From the NCBI RefSeq assembly GCF_963921235.1, contig NC_086108.1, positions 114,888,001 through 114,952,000 on the forward strand: 64,000 nt of DNA, read 5' to 3'. Positions 51,501 through 64,000 of the stretch are shown here, piece after piece. Position numbers and translations under genes: made by a program. Source of the DNA: Mobula hypostoma (Eukaryota). A model generated the notes under the pieces. That model had not been told where the DNA came from and did no database searches. It saw nothing but the letters and a program-made list of their open reading frames with translations. Position 1 is the stretch's first letter; each line of letters begins with the position of its first letter.

Positions 51501-54500
51501 AGTGAGAGTGACTCCAGGGCAGTGTTGTACACAGTTAGTGAGAGTGACTCCAGGGCAGTGATGTACACAGTTAGTGAGAGTGGCTCCAGGGCGGTGATGT
51601 ACACAGTTAGTGAGAGTGACTCCAGGTCAGTGTTGTACACAGTTAGTGAGAGTGACTCCAGGGCAGTGATGTACACAGTTAGTGAGAGTGACTCCAGGGC
51701 TGTGTTGTACACAGTTAGTGAGAGTGACTCCAGGGCTGTGTTGTACACAGTTAGTGAGAGTGGCTCGAGGGCTGTGTTGTACACAGTTAGTGAGAGTGAC
51801 TCCAGGGCAGTGTTGTACACAGTTAGTGAGAGTGACTCCAGGGCTGTGTTGTACACAGTTAGTGAGAGTGGCTCGAGTGCTGTGTTGTACACAGTTAGTG
51901 AGAGTGACTCCAGGGCAGTGATGTACACAGTTAGTGAGAGTGACTCCAAGGCTGTGTTGTACACAGTTAGTGAGAGTGACTCCAGGGCTAGTGGTACACA
52001 GTTAGTGAGAGTGGCTCGAGGGCAGTGTTGTACACAGTTAGTGAGAGTGACTCCAGGGCTGTGTTGTACACAGTTAGTGAGAGTGACTCTAAATCTGTGT
52101 TGTACACAGTTAGTGAGAGTGGCTCGAGGGCTGTGTTGTACACAGTTAGTGAGAGTGACTCCAGGGCTGTGTTGTACACAGTTAGTGAGAGTGGCTCCAG
52201 GGCAGTGATGTACACAGTTAGTGAGAGTGACTCCAGGGCAGTGATGTACACAGTTAGTGAGAGTGACTCCAGGGCAGTGTTGTACACAGTTAGTGAGAGT
52301 GGCTCGAGGGCTGTGTTGTACACAGTTAGTGAGAGTGACTCCAGGGCTGTGTTGTACACAGTTAGTGAGAGTGACTCCAGGGCAGTGTTGTACACAGTTA
52401 GTGAGAGTGGCTCGAGGGCAGTGTTGTACACAGTTAGTGAGAGTGACTCCAGGGCTGTGTTGTACACAGTTAGTGAGAGTGACTCCAGGGCAGTGTTGTA
52501 CACAGTTAGTGAGAGTGACTCCAGGGCAGTGATGTACACAGTTAGTGAGAGTGGCTCCAGGGCAGTGTTGTACACAGTTAGTGAGAGTGACTCCAGGGCA
52601 GTGATGTACACAGTTAGTGAGAGTGACTCCAGGGCAGTGATGTACACAGTTAGTGAGAGTGACTCCAGGGCTGTGTTGTACACAGTTAGTGAGAGTGACT
52701 CCAGGGCTGTGTTGTACAGAGTTAGTGAGAGTGACTCGAGGGCAGTGTTGTACACAGTTAGTGAGAGTGACTCCAGGGCTGTGTTGTACACAGTTAGTGA
52801 GAGTGACTCCAGGGCATTGTTGTACACAGTTAGTGAGAGTGACTCCAGGGCAGTGTTGTACACAGTTAGTGAGAGTGGCTCGAGGGCTGTGTTGTACACA
52901 GTTAGTGAGAGTGACTCCAGGGCTGTGTTGTACACAGTTAGTGAGAGTGGCTCGAGGGCTGTGTTGTACACAGTTAGTGAGAGTGACTCCAGGGCAGTGT
53001 TGTACACAGTTAGTGAGAGTGACTCCAGGGCAGTGATGTACACAGTTAGTGAGAGTGACTCCAGGGCAGTGTTGTACACAGTTAGTGAGAGTGGCTCGAG
53101 GGCTGTGTTGTACACAGTTAGTGAGAGTGACTCCAGGGCTGTGTTGTACACAGTTAGTGAGAGTGGCTCGAGGGCAGTGTTGTACACAGTTAGTGAGAGT
53201 GACTCCAGGGCTGTGTTGTACACAGTTAGTGAGAGTGACTCCAGGGCTGTGTTGTACACAGTTAGTGAGAGTGACTCCAGGGCTGTGTTGTACACAGTTA
53301 GTGAGAGTGGCTCGAGGGCAGTGTTGTACACAGTTAGTGAGAGTGGCTCGAGGGCAGTGTTGTACACAGTTAGTGAGAGTGACTCCAGGGCAGTGTTGTA
53401 CACAGTTAGTGAGAGTGACTCCAGGGCAGTGATGTACACAGTTAGTGAGAGTGACTCCAGGGCTGTGTTGTACACAGTTAGTGAGAGTGACTCCAGGGCA
53501 TTGTTGTACACAGTTAGTGAGAGTGACTCCAGGGCTGTGTTGTACACAGTTAGTGAGAGTGACTCCAGGGCAGTGATGTACACAGTTAGTGAGAGTGGCT
53601 CGAGGGCAGTGTTGTACACAGTTAGTGAGAGTGACTCCAGGGCAGTGATGTACACAGTTAGTGAGAGTGACTCCAGGGCAGTGATGTACACAGTTAGTGA
53701 GAGTGACTCCAGGGCTGTGTTGTACACAGTTAGTGAGAGTGACTCCAGGGCTGTGTTGTACACAGTTAGTGAGAGTGACTCCAGGGCTGTGTTGTACACA
53801 GTTAGTGAGAGTGGCTCGAGGGCTGTGTTGTACACAGTTAGTGAGAGTGACTCCAGGGCAGTGTTGTACACAGTTAGTGAGAGTGACTCCAGGGCAGTGA
53901 TGTACACAGTTAGTGAGAGTGACTCCAGGGCACTGATGTACACAGTTAGTGAGAGTGACTCCAGGCAGTGTTGTACACAGTTAGTGAGAGTGACTCCAGG
54001 GCAGTGTTGTACACAGTTAGTGAGAGTGACTCCAGGGCAGTGTTGTACACAGTTAGTGAGAGTGACTCCAGGGCAGTGTTGTACACAGTTAGTGAGAGTG
54101 ACTCCAGGGCAGTGATGTACACAGTTAGTGAGAGTGACTCCAGGGCTGTGTTGTACACAGTTAGTGAGAGTGACTCCAGGGCTGTGTTGTACACAGTTAG
54201 TGAGAGTGACTCCAGGGCAGTGTTGTACACAGTTAGTGAGAGTGACTCCAGGGCTGTGTTGTACACAGTTAGTGAGAGTGACTCCAGGGCAGTGTTGTAC
54301 ACAGTTAGTGAGAGTGGCTCGAGGGCTGTGTTGTACACAGTTAGTGAGAGTGACTCCAGGGCTGTGTTGTACACAGTTAGTGAGAGTGGCTCGAGGGCAG
54401 TGTTGTACACAGTTAGTGAGAGTGACTCCAGGGCTGTGTTGTACACAGTTAGTGAGAGTGGCTCGAGGGCAGTGTTGTACACAGTTAGTGAGAGTGGCTC

Positions 54501-57500
54501 GAGGGCAGTGTTGTACACAGTTAGTGAGAGTGACTCCAGGGCAGTGTTGTACACAGTTAGTGAGAGTGACTCCAGGGCAGTGATGTACACAGTTAGTGAG
54601 AGTGACTCAAGGGCTGTGTTGTACACAGTTAGTGAGAGTGACTCCAGGGCATTGTTGTACACAGTTAGTGAGAGTGACTCCAGGGCTGTGTTGTACACAG
54701 TTAGTGAGAGTGACTCCAGGGCAGTGATGTACACAGTTAGTGAGAGTGTCTCGAGGGCAGTGTTGTACACAGTTAGTGAGAGTGACTCCAGGGCTCTGTT
54801 GTACACAGTTAGTGAGAGTGACTCCAGTGCATTGTTGTACGCAGTTAGTGAGAGTGACTCGAGGGCAGTGATGTACACAGTTAGTGAGAGTGGCTCGAGG
54901 GCAGTGTTGTACACAGTTAGTGAGAGTGACTCCAGGGCAGTGATGTACACAGTTAGTGAGAGTGACTCCAGGGCAGTGTTGTACACAGTTAGTGAGAGTG
55001 GCTCGAGGGCTGTGTTGTACACAGTTAGTGAGAGTGACTCCAGGGCAGTGTTGTACACAGTTAGTGAGAGTGACTCCAGGGCAGTGATGTACACAGTTAG
55101 TGAGAGTGGCTCGAGGGCAGTGTTGTACACAGTTAGTGAGAGTGACTCCAGGGCAGTGATGTACACAGTTAGTGAGAGTGACTCCAGGGCAGTGATGTAC
55201 ACAGTTAGTGAGAGTGACTCCAGGGCAGTGATGTACACAGTTAGTGAGAGTGACTCCAGGGCAGTGATGTACACAGTTAGTGAGAGTGACTCCAGGGCTG
55301 TGTTGTACACAGTTAGTGAGAGTGACTCCAGGGCTGTGTTGTACACAGTTAGTGAGAGTGGCTCGAGGGCTGTGTTGTACACAGTTAGTGAGAGTGACTC
55401 CAGGGCAGTGTTGTACACAGTTAGTGAGAGTGACTCCAGGGCTGTGTTGTACACAGTTAGTGAGAGTGACTCCAGGGCTGTGTTGTACACAGTTAGTGAG
55501 AGTGACTCCAGGGCAGTGATGTACACAGTTAGTGAGAGTGACTCCATGGCTGTGTTGTACACAGTTAGTGAGAGTGACTCCAGGGCTAGTGGTACACAGT
55601 TAGTGAGAGTGGCTCGAGGGCAGTGTTGTACACATTTAGTGAGAGTGACTCCAGGGCTGTGTTGTACACAGTTAGTGAGAGTGACTCTAAATCTGTGTTG
55701 TACACAGTTAGTGAGAGTGGCTCGAGGGCTGTGTTGTACACAGTTAGTGAGAGTGACTCCAGGGCTGTGTTGTACACAGTTAGTGAGAGTGACTCCAGGG
55801 CAGTGATGTACACAGTTAGTGAGAGTGACTCCAGGGCAGTGATGTACACAGTTAGTGAGAGTGACTCCAGGGCAGTGTTGTACACAGTTAGTGAGAGTGG
55901 CTCGAGGGCTGTGTTGTACACAGTTAGTGAAAGTGACTCCAGGGCTGTGTTGTACACAGTTAGTGAGAGTGACTCCAGGGCAGTGTTGTACACAGTTAGT
56001 GAGAGTGGCTCGAGGGCAGTGTTGTACACAGTTAGTGAGAGTGACTCCAGGGCTGTGTTGTACACAGTTAGTGAGAGTGACTCCAGGGCAGTGTTGTACA
56101 CAGTTAGTGAGAGTGACTCCAGGGCAGTGATGTACACAGTTAGTGAGAGTGGCTCGAGGGCAGTGTTGTACACAGTTAGTGAGAGTGACTCCAGGGCAGT
56201 GATGTACACAGTTAGTGAGAGTGACTCCAGGGCAGTGATGTACACAGTTAGTGAGAGTGACTCGAGGGCTGTGTTGTACACAGTTAGTGAGAGTGACTCC
56301 AGGGCTGTGTTGTACACAGTTAGTGAGAGTGACTCCAGGGCATTGTTGTACACAGTTAGTGAGAGTGACTCCAGGGCAGTGTTGTACACAGTTAGTGAGA
56401 GTGACTCCAGGGCATTGTTGTACACAGTTAGTGAGAGTGACTCCAGGGCAGTGTTGTACACAGTTAGTGAGAGTGGCTCGAGGGCTGTGTTGTACACAGT
56501 TAGTGAGAGTGACTCCAGGGCTGTGTTGTACACAGTTAGTGAGAGTGGCTCGAGGGCTGTGTTGTACACAGTTAGTGAGAGTGACTCCAGGGCAGTGTTG
56601 TACACAGTTAGTGAGAGTGACTCCAGGGCAGTGATGTACACAGTTAGTGAGAGTGACTCCAGGGCAGTGTTGTACACAGTTAGTGAGAGTGGCTCGAGGG
56701 CTGTGTTGTACACAGTTAGTGAGAGTGACTCCAGGGCTGTGTTGTACACAGTTAGTGAGAGTGGCTCGAGGGCAGTGTTGTACACAGTTAGTGAGAGTGG
56801 CTCGAGGGCAGTGTTGTACACAGTTAGTGAGAGTGACTCCAGGGCTGTGTTGTACACAGTTAGTGAGAGTGGCTCGAGGGTTGTGTTGTACACAGTTAGT
56901 GAGAGTGACTCCAGGGCTGTGTTGTACACAGTTAGTGAGAGTGGCTCGAGGGCAGTGTTGTACACAGTTAGTGAGAGTGGCTCGAGGGCAGTGTTGTACA
57001 CAGTTAGTGAGAGTGACTCCAGGGCAGTGTTGTACACAGTTAGTGAGAGTGACTCCAGGGCAGTGATGTACACAGTTAGTGAGAGTGACTCCAGGGCTGT
57101 GTTGTACACAGTTAGTGAGAGTGACTCCAGGGCATTGTTGTACACAGTTAGTGAGAGTGACTCCAGGGCTGTGTTGTACACAGTTAGTGAGAGTGACTCC
57201 AGGGCAGTGATGTACACAGTTAGTGAGAGTGTCTCGAGGGCAGTGTTGTACACAGTTAGTGAGAGTGACTCCAGGGCTCTGTTGTACACAGTTAGTGAGA
57301 GTGACTCCAGGGCAGTGTTGTACACAGTTAGTGAGAGTGGCTCGAGGGCTGTGTTGTACACAGTTAGTGAGAGTGACTCCAGGGCAGTGTTGTACACAGT
57401 TAGTGAGAGTGACTCCAGGGCTGTGTTGTACACAGTTAGTGAGAGTGGCTCGAGTGCTGTGTTGTACACAGTTAGTGAGAGTGACTCCAGGGCAGTGATG

Positions 57501-60500
57501 TACACAGTTAGTGAGAGTGACTCCAGGGCTGTGCTGTACACAGTTAGTGAGAGTGACTCCAGGGCTAGTGGTACACAGTTAGTGAGAGTGGCTCGAGGGC
57601 AGTGTTGTACACAGTTAGTGAGAGTGACTCCAGGGCTGTGTTGTACACAGTTAGTGAGAGTGACTCTAAATCTGTGTTGTACACAGTTAGTGAGAGTGGC
57701 TCGAGGGCTGTGTTGTACACAGTTAGTGAGAGTGACTCCAGGGCTGTGTTGTACACAGTTAGTGAGAGTGACTCCAGGGCAGTGATGTACACAGTTAGTG
57801 AGAGTGACTCCAGGGCAGTGATGTACACAGTTAGTGAGAGTGACTCCAGGGCAGTGTTGTACACAGTTAGTGAGAGTGGCTCGAGGGCTGTGTTGTACAC
57901 AGTTAGTGAGAGTGACTCCAGGGCTGTGTTGTACACAGTTAGTGAGAGTGGCTCGAGGGCAGTGTTGTACACAGTTAGTGAGAGTGGCTCGAGGGCAGTG
58001 TTGTACACAGTTAGTGAGAGTGACTCCAGGGCAGTGTTGTACACAGTTAGTGAGAGTGACTCCAGGGCAGTGTTGTACACAGTTAGTGAGAGTGACTCCA
58101 GGGCAGTGATGTACACAGTTAGTGAGAGTGACTCCAGGGCAGTGTTGTACACAGTTAGTGAGAGTGACTCCAGGGCAGTGTTGTACACAGTTAGTGAGAG
58201 TGACTCCAGGGCTGTGTTGTACACAGTTAGTGAGAGTGACTCCAGGGCATTGTTGTACACAGTTAGTGAGAGTGACTCCAGGGCTGTGTTGTACACAGTT
58301 AGTGAGAGTGACTCCAGGGCAGTGATGTACACAGTTAGTGAGAGTGGCTCGAGGGCAGTGTTGTACACAGTTGGTGAGAGTGACTCCAGGGCAGTGATGT
58401 ACACAGTTAGTGAGAGTGACTCCAGGGCAGTGATGTACACAGTTAGTGAGAGTGACTCCAGGGCTGTGTTGTACACAGTTAGTGAGAGTGACTCCAGGGC
58501 TGTGTTGTACACAGTTAGTGAGAGTGACTCCAGGGCATTGTTGTACACAGTTAGTGAGAGTGACTCCAGGGCAGTGTTGTACACAGTTAGTGAGAGTGAC
58601 TCCAGGGCATTGTTGTACACAGTTAGTGAGAGTGACTCCAGGGCAGTGTTGTACACAGTTAGTGAGAGTGGCTCGAGGGCTGTGTTGTACACAGTTAGTG
58701 AGAGTGACTCCAGGGCAGTGTTGTACACAGTTAGTGAGAGTGACTCCAGGGCTGTGTTGTACACAGTTAGTGAGAGTGACTCCAGGGCTGTGTTGTACAC
58801 AGTTAGTGAGAGTGACTCCAGGGCAGTGATGTACACAGTTAGTGAGAGTGACTCCAGGGCTGTGTTGTACACAGTTAGTGAGAGTGACTCCAGGGCTAGT
58901 GGTACACAGTTAGTGAGAGTGGCTCGAGGGCAGTGTTGTACACAGTTAGTGAGAGTGACTCCAGGGCTGTGTTGTACACAGTTAGTGAGAGTGACTCTAA
59001 ATCTGTGTTGTACACAGTTAGTGAGAGTGGCTCGAGGGCTGTGTTGTACACAGTTAGTGAGAGTGACTCCAGGGCTGTGTTGTACACAGTTAGTGAGAGT
59101 GACTCCAGGGCAGTGATGTACACAGTTAGTGAGAGTGACTCCAGGGCAGTGTTGTACACAGTTAGTGAGAGTGACTCCAGGGCAGTGTTGTACACAGTTA
59201 GTGAGAGTGGCTCGAGGGCTGTGTTGTACACAGTTAGTGAGAGTGACTCCAGGGCTGTGTTGTACACAGTTAGTGAGAGTGGCTCGAGGGCAGTGTTGTA
59301 CACAGTTAGTGAGAGTGGCTCGAGGGCAGTGTTGTACACAGTTAGTGAGAGTGACTCCAGGGCAGTGTTGTACACAGTTAGTGAGAGTGACTCAAGGGCA
59401 GTGATGTACACAGTTAGTGAGAGTGACTCCAGGGCTGTGTTGTACACAGTTAGTGAGAGTGACTCCAGGGCATTGTTGTACACAGTTAGTGAGAGTGACT
59501 CCAGGGCTGTGTTGTACACAGTTAGTGAGAGTGACTCCAGGGCAGTGATGTACACAGTTAGTGAGAGTGGCTCGAGGGCAGTGTTGTACACAGTTAGTGA
59601 GAGTGACTCCAGGGCAGTGATGTACACAGTTAGTGAGAGTGACTCCAGGGCAGTGATGTACACAGTTAGTGAGAGTGACTCCAGGGCTGTGTTGTACACA
59701 GTTAGTGAGAGTGACTCCAGGGCTGTGTTGTACACAGTTAGTGAGAGTGACTCCAGGGCAGTGTTGTACACAGTTAGTGAGAGTGGCTCGAGGGCTGTGT
59801 TGTACACAGTTAGTGAGAGTGACTCCAGGGCAGTGTTGTACACAGTTAGTGAGAGTGACTCCAGGGCAGTGATGTACACAGTTAGTGAGAGTGACTCCAG
59901 GGCTGTGTTGTACACAGTTAGTGAGAGTGACTCCAGGGCAGTGTTGTACACAGTTAGTGAGAGTGACTCCAGGGCAGTGATGTACACAGTTAGTGAGAGT
60001 GACTCCAGGGCAGTGTTGTACACAGTTAGTGAGAGTGGCTCGAGGGCTGTGTTGTACACAGTTAGTGAGAGTGACTCCAGGGCTAGTGGTACACAGTTAG
60101 TGAGAGTGGCTCGAGGGCAGTGTTGTACACAGTTAGTGAGAGTGACTCCAGGGCTGTGTTGTACACAGTTAGTGAGAGTGACTCTAAATCTGTGTTGTAC
60201 ACAGTTAGTGAGAGTGGCTCGAGGGCTGTGTTGTACACAGTTAGTGAGAGTGACTCCAGGGCTGTGTTGTACACAGTTAGTGAGAGTGACTCCAGGGCAG
60301 TGATGTACACAGTTAGTGAGAGTGACTCCAGGGCAGTGATGTACACAGTTAGTGAGAGTGACTCCAGGGCAGTGTTGTACACAGTTAGTGAGAGTGGCTC
60401 GAGGGCTGTGTTGTACACAGTTAGTGAGAGTGACTCCAGGGCTGTGTTGTACACAGTTAGTGAGAGTGACTCCAGGGCAGTGTTGTACACAGTTAGTGAG

Positions 60501-63500
60501 AGTGGCTCGAGGGCAGTGTTGTACACAGTTAGTGAGAGTGACTCCAGGGCAGTGTTGTACACAGTTAGTGAGAGTGACTCCAGGGCAGTGTTGTACACAG
60601 TTAGTGAGAGTGACTCCAGGGCAGTGATGTACACAGTTAGTGAGAGTGACTCCAGGGCAGTGTTGTACACAGTTAGTGAGAGTGACTCCAGGGCAGTGTT
60701 GTACACAGTTAGTGAGAGTGACTCCAGGGCTGTGTTGTACACAGTTAGTGAGAGTGACTCCAGGGCATTGTTGTACACAGTTAGTGAGAGTGACTCCAGG
60801 GCTGTGTTGTACACAGTTAGTGAGAGTGACTCCAGGGCAGTGATGTACACAGTTAGTGAGAGTGGCTCGAGGGCAGTGTTGTACACAGTTAGTGAGAGTG
60901 ACTCCAGGGCAGTGATGTACACAGTTAGTGAGAGTGACTCGAGGGCAGTGATGTACACAGTTAGTGAGAGTGACTCCAGGGCTGTGTCATACACAGTTAG
61001 TGAGAGTGACTCCAGGGCTGTGTCGTACACAGTTAGTGAGAGTGACTCCAGTGCATTGTTGTATACAGTTAGTGAGAGTGACTCCAGGGCAGTGTTGTAC
61101 ACAGTTAGTGAGAGTGACTTCAGGGCATTGTTGTACACAGTTAGTGCGAGTGACTCCAGGGCAGTGTTGTACACAGTTAGTGAGAGTGGCTCGAGGGCTG
61201 TGTTGTACACAGTTAGTGAGAGTGACTCCAGGGCTGTGTTGTACACAGTTAGTGAGAGTGGCTCGAGGGCTGTGTTGTACACAGTTAGTGAGAGTGACTC
61301 CAGGGCAGTGTTGTACACAGTTAGTGAGAGTGACTCCAGGGCAGTGATGTACACAGTTAGTGAGAGTGACTCCAGGGCAGTGTTGTACACAGTTAGTGAG
61401 AGTGGCTCGAGGGCTGTGTTGTACACAGTTAGTGAGAGTCACTCCAGGGCTGTGTTGTACACAGTTAGTGAGAGTGGCTCGAGGGCAGTGTTGTACACAG
61501 TTAGTGAGAGTGGCTCGAGGGCAGTGTTGTACACAGTTAGTGAGATTGACTCCAGGGCTGTGTTGTACACAGTTAGTGAGAGTGGCTCGAGGGTTGTGTT
61601 GTACACAGTTAGTGAGAGTGACTCCAGGGCTGTGTTGTACACAGTTAGTGAGAGTGGCTCGAGGGCAGTGTTGTACACAGTTAGTGAGAGTGGCTCGAGG
61701 GCAGTGTTGTACACAGTTAGTGAGAGTGGCTCGAGGGCAGTGTTGTACATAGTTAGTGAGAGTGACTCCAGGGCAGTGATGTACACAGTTAGTGAGAGTG
61801 ACTCAAGGGCTGTGTTGTACACAGTTAGTGAGAGTGACTCCAGGGCATTGTTGTACACAGTTAGTGAGAGTGACTCCAGGGCTGTGTTGTACACAGTTAG
61901 TGAGAGTGACTCCAGGGCAGTGTTGTACACAGTTAGTGAGAGTGACTCCAGGGCAGTGTTGTACACAGTTAGTGAGAGTGGCTCCAGGGCTGTGTTGTAC
62001 ACAGTTAGTGAGAGTGACTCCAGGGCAGTGTTGTACACAGTTAGTGAGAGTGACTCCAGGGCAGTGATGTACACAGTTAGTGAGAGTGGCTCGAGGGCAG
62101 TGTTGTACACAGTTAGTGAGAGTGACTCCAGGGCAGTGATGTACACAGTTAGTGAGAGTGACTCCAGGGCTGTGTTGTACACAGTTAGTGAGAGTGACTC
62201 CAGGGCTGTGTTGTACACAGTTAGTGAGAGTGACTCCAGGGCAGTGTTGTACACAGTTAGTGAGAGTGACTCCAGGGCAGTGATGTACACAGTTAGTGAG
62301 AGTGGCTCGAGGGCAGTGTTGTACACAGTTAGTGAGAGTGACTCCAGGGCAGTGATGTACACAGTTAGTGAGAGTGACTCCAGGGCAGTGATGTACACAG
62401 TTAGTGAGAGTGACTCCAGGGCAGTGATGTACACAGTTAGTGAGAGTGACTCCAGGGCAGTGATGTACACAGTTAGTGAGAGTGACTCCAGGGCTGTGTT
62501 GTACACAGTTAGTGAGAGTGACTCCAGGGCTGTGTTGTACACAGTTAGTGAGAGTGGCTCGAGGGCTGTGTTGTACACAGTTAGTGAGAGTGACTCCAGG
62601 GCAGTGTTGTACACAGTTAGTGAGAGTGACTCCAGGGCTGTGTTGTACACAGTTAGTGAGAGTGGCTCGAGTGCTGTGTTGTACACAGTTAGTGAGAGTG
62701 ACTCCAGGGCAGTGATGTACACAGTTAGTGAGAGTGACTCCAGGGCTGTGTTGTACACAGTTAGTGAGAGTGACTCCAGGGCTAGTGGTACACAGTTAGT
62801 GAGAGTGGCTCGAGGGCAGTGTTGTACACAGTTAGTGAGAGTGACTCCAGGGCTGTGTTGTACACAGTTAGTGAGAGTGACTCTAAATCTGTGTTGTACA
62901 CAGTTAGTGAGAGTGGCTCGAGGGCTGTGTTGTACACAGTTAGTGAGAGTGACTCCAGGGCTGTGTTGTACACAGTTAGTGAGAGTGACTCCAGGGCAGT
63001 GATGTACACAGTTAGTGAGAGTGACTCCAGGGCTGTGTTGTACACAGTTAGTGAGAGTGACTCCAGGGCAGTGTTGTACACAGTTAGTGAGAGTGGCTCG
63101 AGGGCTGTGTTGTACACAGTTAGTGAGAGTGACTCCAGGGCTGTGTTGTACACAGTTAGTGAGAGTGGCTCGAGGGCAGTGTTGTACACAGTTAGTGAGA
63201 GTGGCTCGAGGGCAGTGTTGTACACAGTTAGTGAGAGTGACTCCAGGGCAGTGTTGTACACAGTTAGTGAGAGTGACTCCAGGGCAGTGATGTACACAGT
63301 TAGTGAGAGTGACTCCAGGGCTGTGTTGTACACAGTTAGTGAGAGTGACTCCAGGGCAGTGTTGTACACAGTTAGTGAGAGTGACTCCAGGGCTGTGTTG
63401 TACACAGTTAGTGAGAGTGACTCCAGGGCAGTGATGTACACAGTTAGTGAGAGTGGCTCGAGGGCAGTGTTGTACACAGTTAGTGAGAGTGATTCCAGGG

Positions 63501-64000
63501 CAGTGATGTACACAGTTAGTGAGAGTGACTCCAGGGCAGTGATGTACACAGTTAGTGAGAGTGACTCCAGGGCTGTGTCGTACACAGTTAGTGAGAGTGA
63601 CTCCAGGGCTGTGTTGTACACAGTTAGTGAGAGTGACTCCAGGGCAGTGTTGTACACAGTTAGTGAGAGTGGCTCGAGGGCTGTGTTGTACACAGTTAGT
63701 GAGAGTGACTCCAGGGCAGTGTTGTACACAGTTAGTGAGAGTGACTCCAGGGCAGTGATGTACACAGTTAGTGAGAGTGACTCCAGGGCACTGATGTACA
63801 CAGTTAGTGAGAGTGACTCCAGGCAGTGTTGTACACAGTTAGTGAGAGTGACTCCAGGGCAGTGATGTACACAGTTAGTGAGAGTGACTCCAGGGCAGTG
63901 TTGTACACAGTTAGTGAGAGTGGCTCCAGGGCTGTGTTGTACACAGTTAGTGAGAGTGACTCCAGGGCAGTGATGTACACAGTTAGTGAGAGTGACTCCA
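21593..64000. repeat. 36-bp satellite array >42 kb (~1,180 units), consensus GTTAGTGAGAGTG(A/G)CTC(C/G)AGGGC(A/T)GTG(T/A)TGTACACA; continues past the window end
   Basis: Uninterrupted head-to-tail units with no spacers and no mobile-element insertions; occasional 35-bp units shift the register. Confidence 0.99.

Noticed and set aside
21506..64000. Dozens of long ORFs on both strands (YTVSESDSRAVL, TALESLSLTVYN, CCTQLVRVTPGQ)
   Set aside because: A 36-bp unit lacking stops in several frames yields these automatically. They are broken by recurrent 1-bp deletions and are open on both strands.
21593..64000. CRISPR array (36-bp repeat length)
   Set aside because: No unique spacers, no cas genes, vertebrate context.
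21593..64000. V(D)J recombination signal array (CACAGTT resembles heptamer CACAGTG)
   Set aside because: No ACAAAAACC-like nonamer at 12 or 23 bp and no V, D or J segments.

Overview
Eukaryotic (vertebrate) genomic DNA. The repeat content (CR1 LINEs, V-SINE/HE1-like SINEs, Penelope-like inverted termini) points to a cartilaginous fish, probably a ray; this assignment is an inference. The first ~21.5 kb holds the 3' part of an unidentified minus-strand gene. I read phase-1/phase-1 exons at 21077-20658 and 12955-12800, possibly one at 15274-15218, and a ~6.07-kb uninterrupted exon at 6483-413. The large exon encodes an acidic low-complexity region with 23-aa repeats and about 125 nine-residue repeats (AVTETQDGQ-type). 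The introns contain a young 5'-truncated CR1 LINE, older CR1 fragments, SINEs, G-rich minisatellites and two Penelope-like inverted-repeat relics; one relic retains an intact-looking minimal hammerhead ribozyme core. From ~21.6 kb to the window end (>42 kb) lies a homogeneous 36-bp satellite (~1,180 units) with a clear variant code, landmark cassettes and a 7,232-bp tandem duplication. It appears to be intronic and carries CACUAAC in nearly every unit on the gene's sense strand. All ORFs listed beyond 21.5 kb are artefacts of this repeat.
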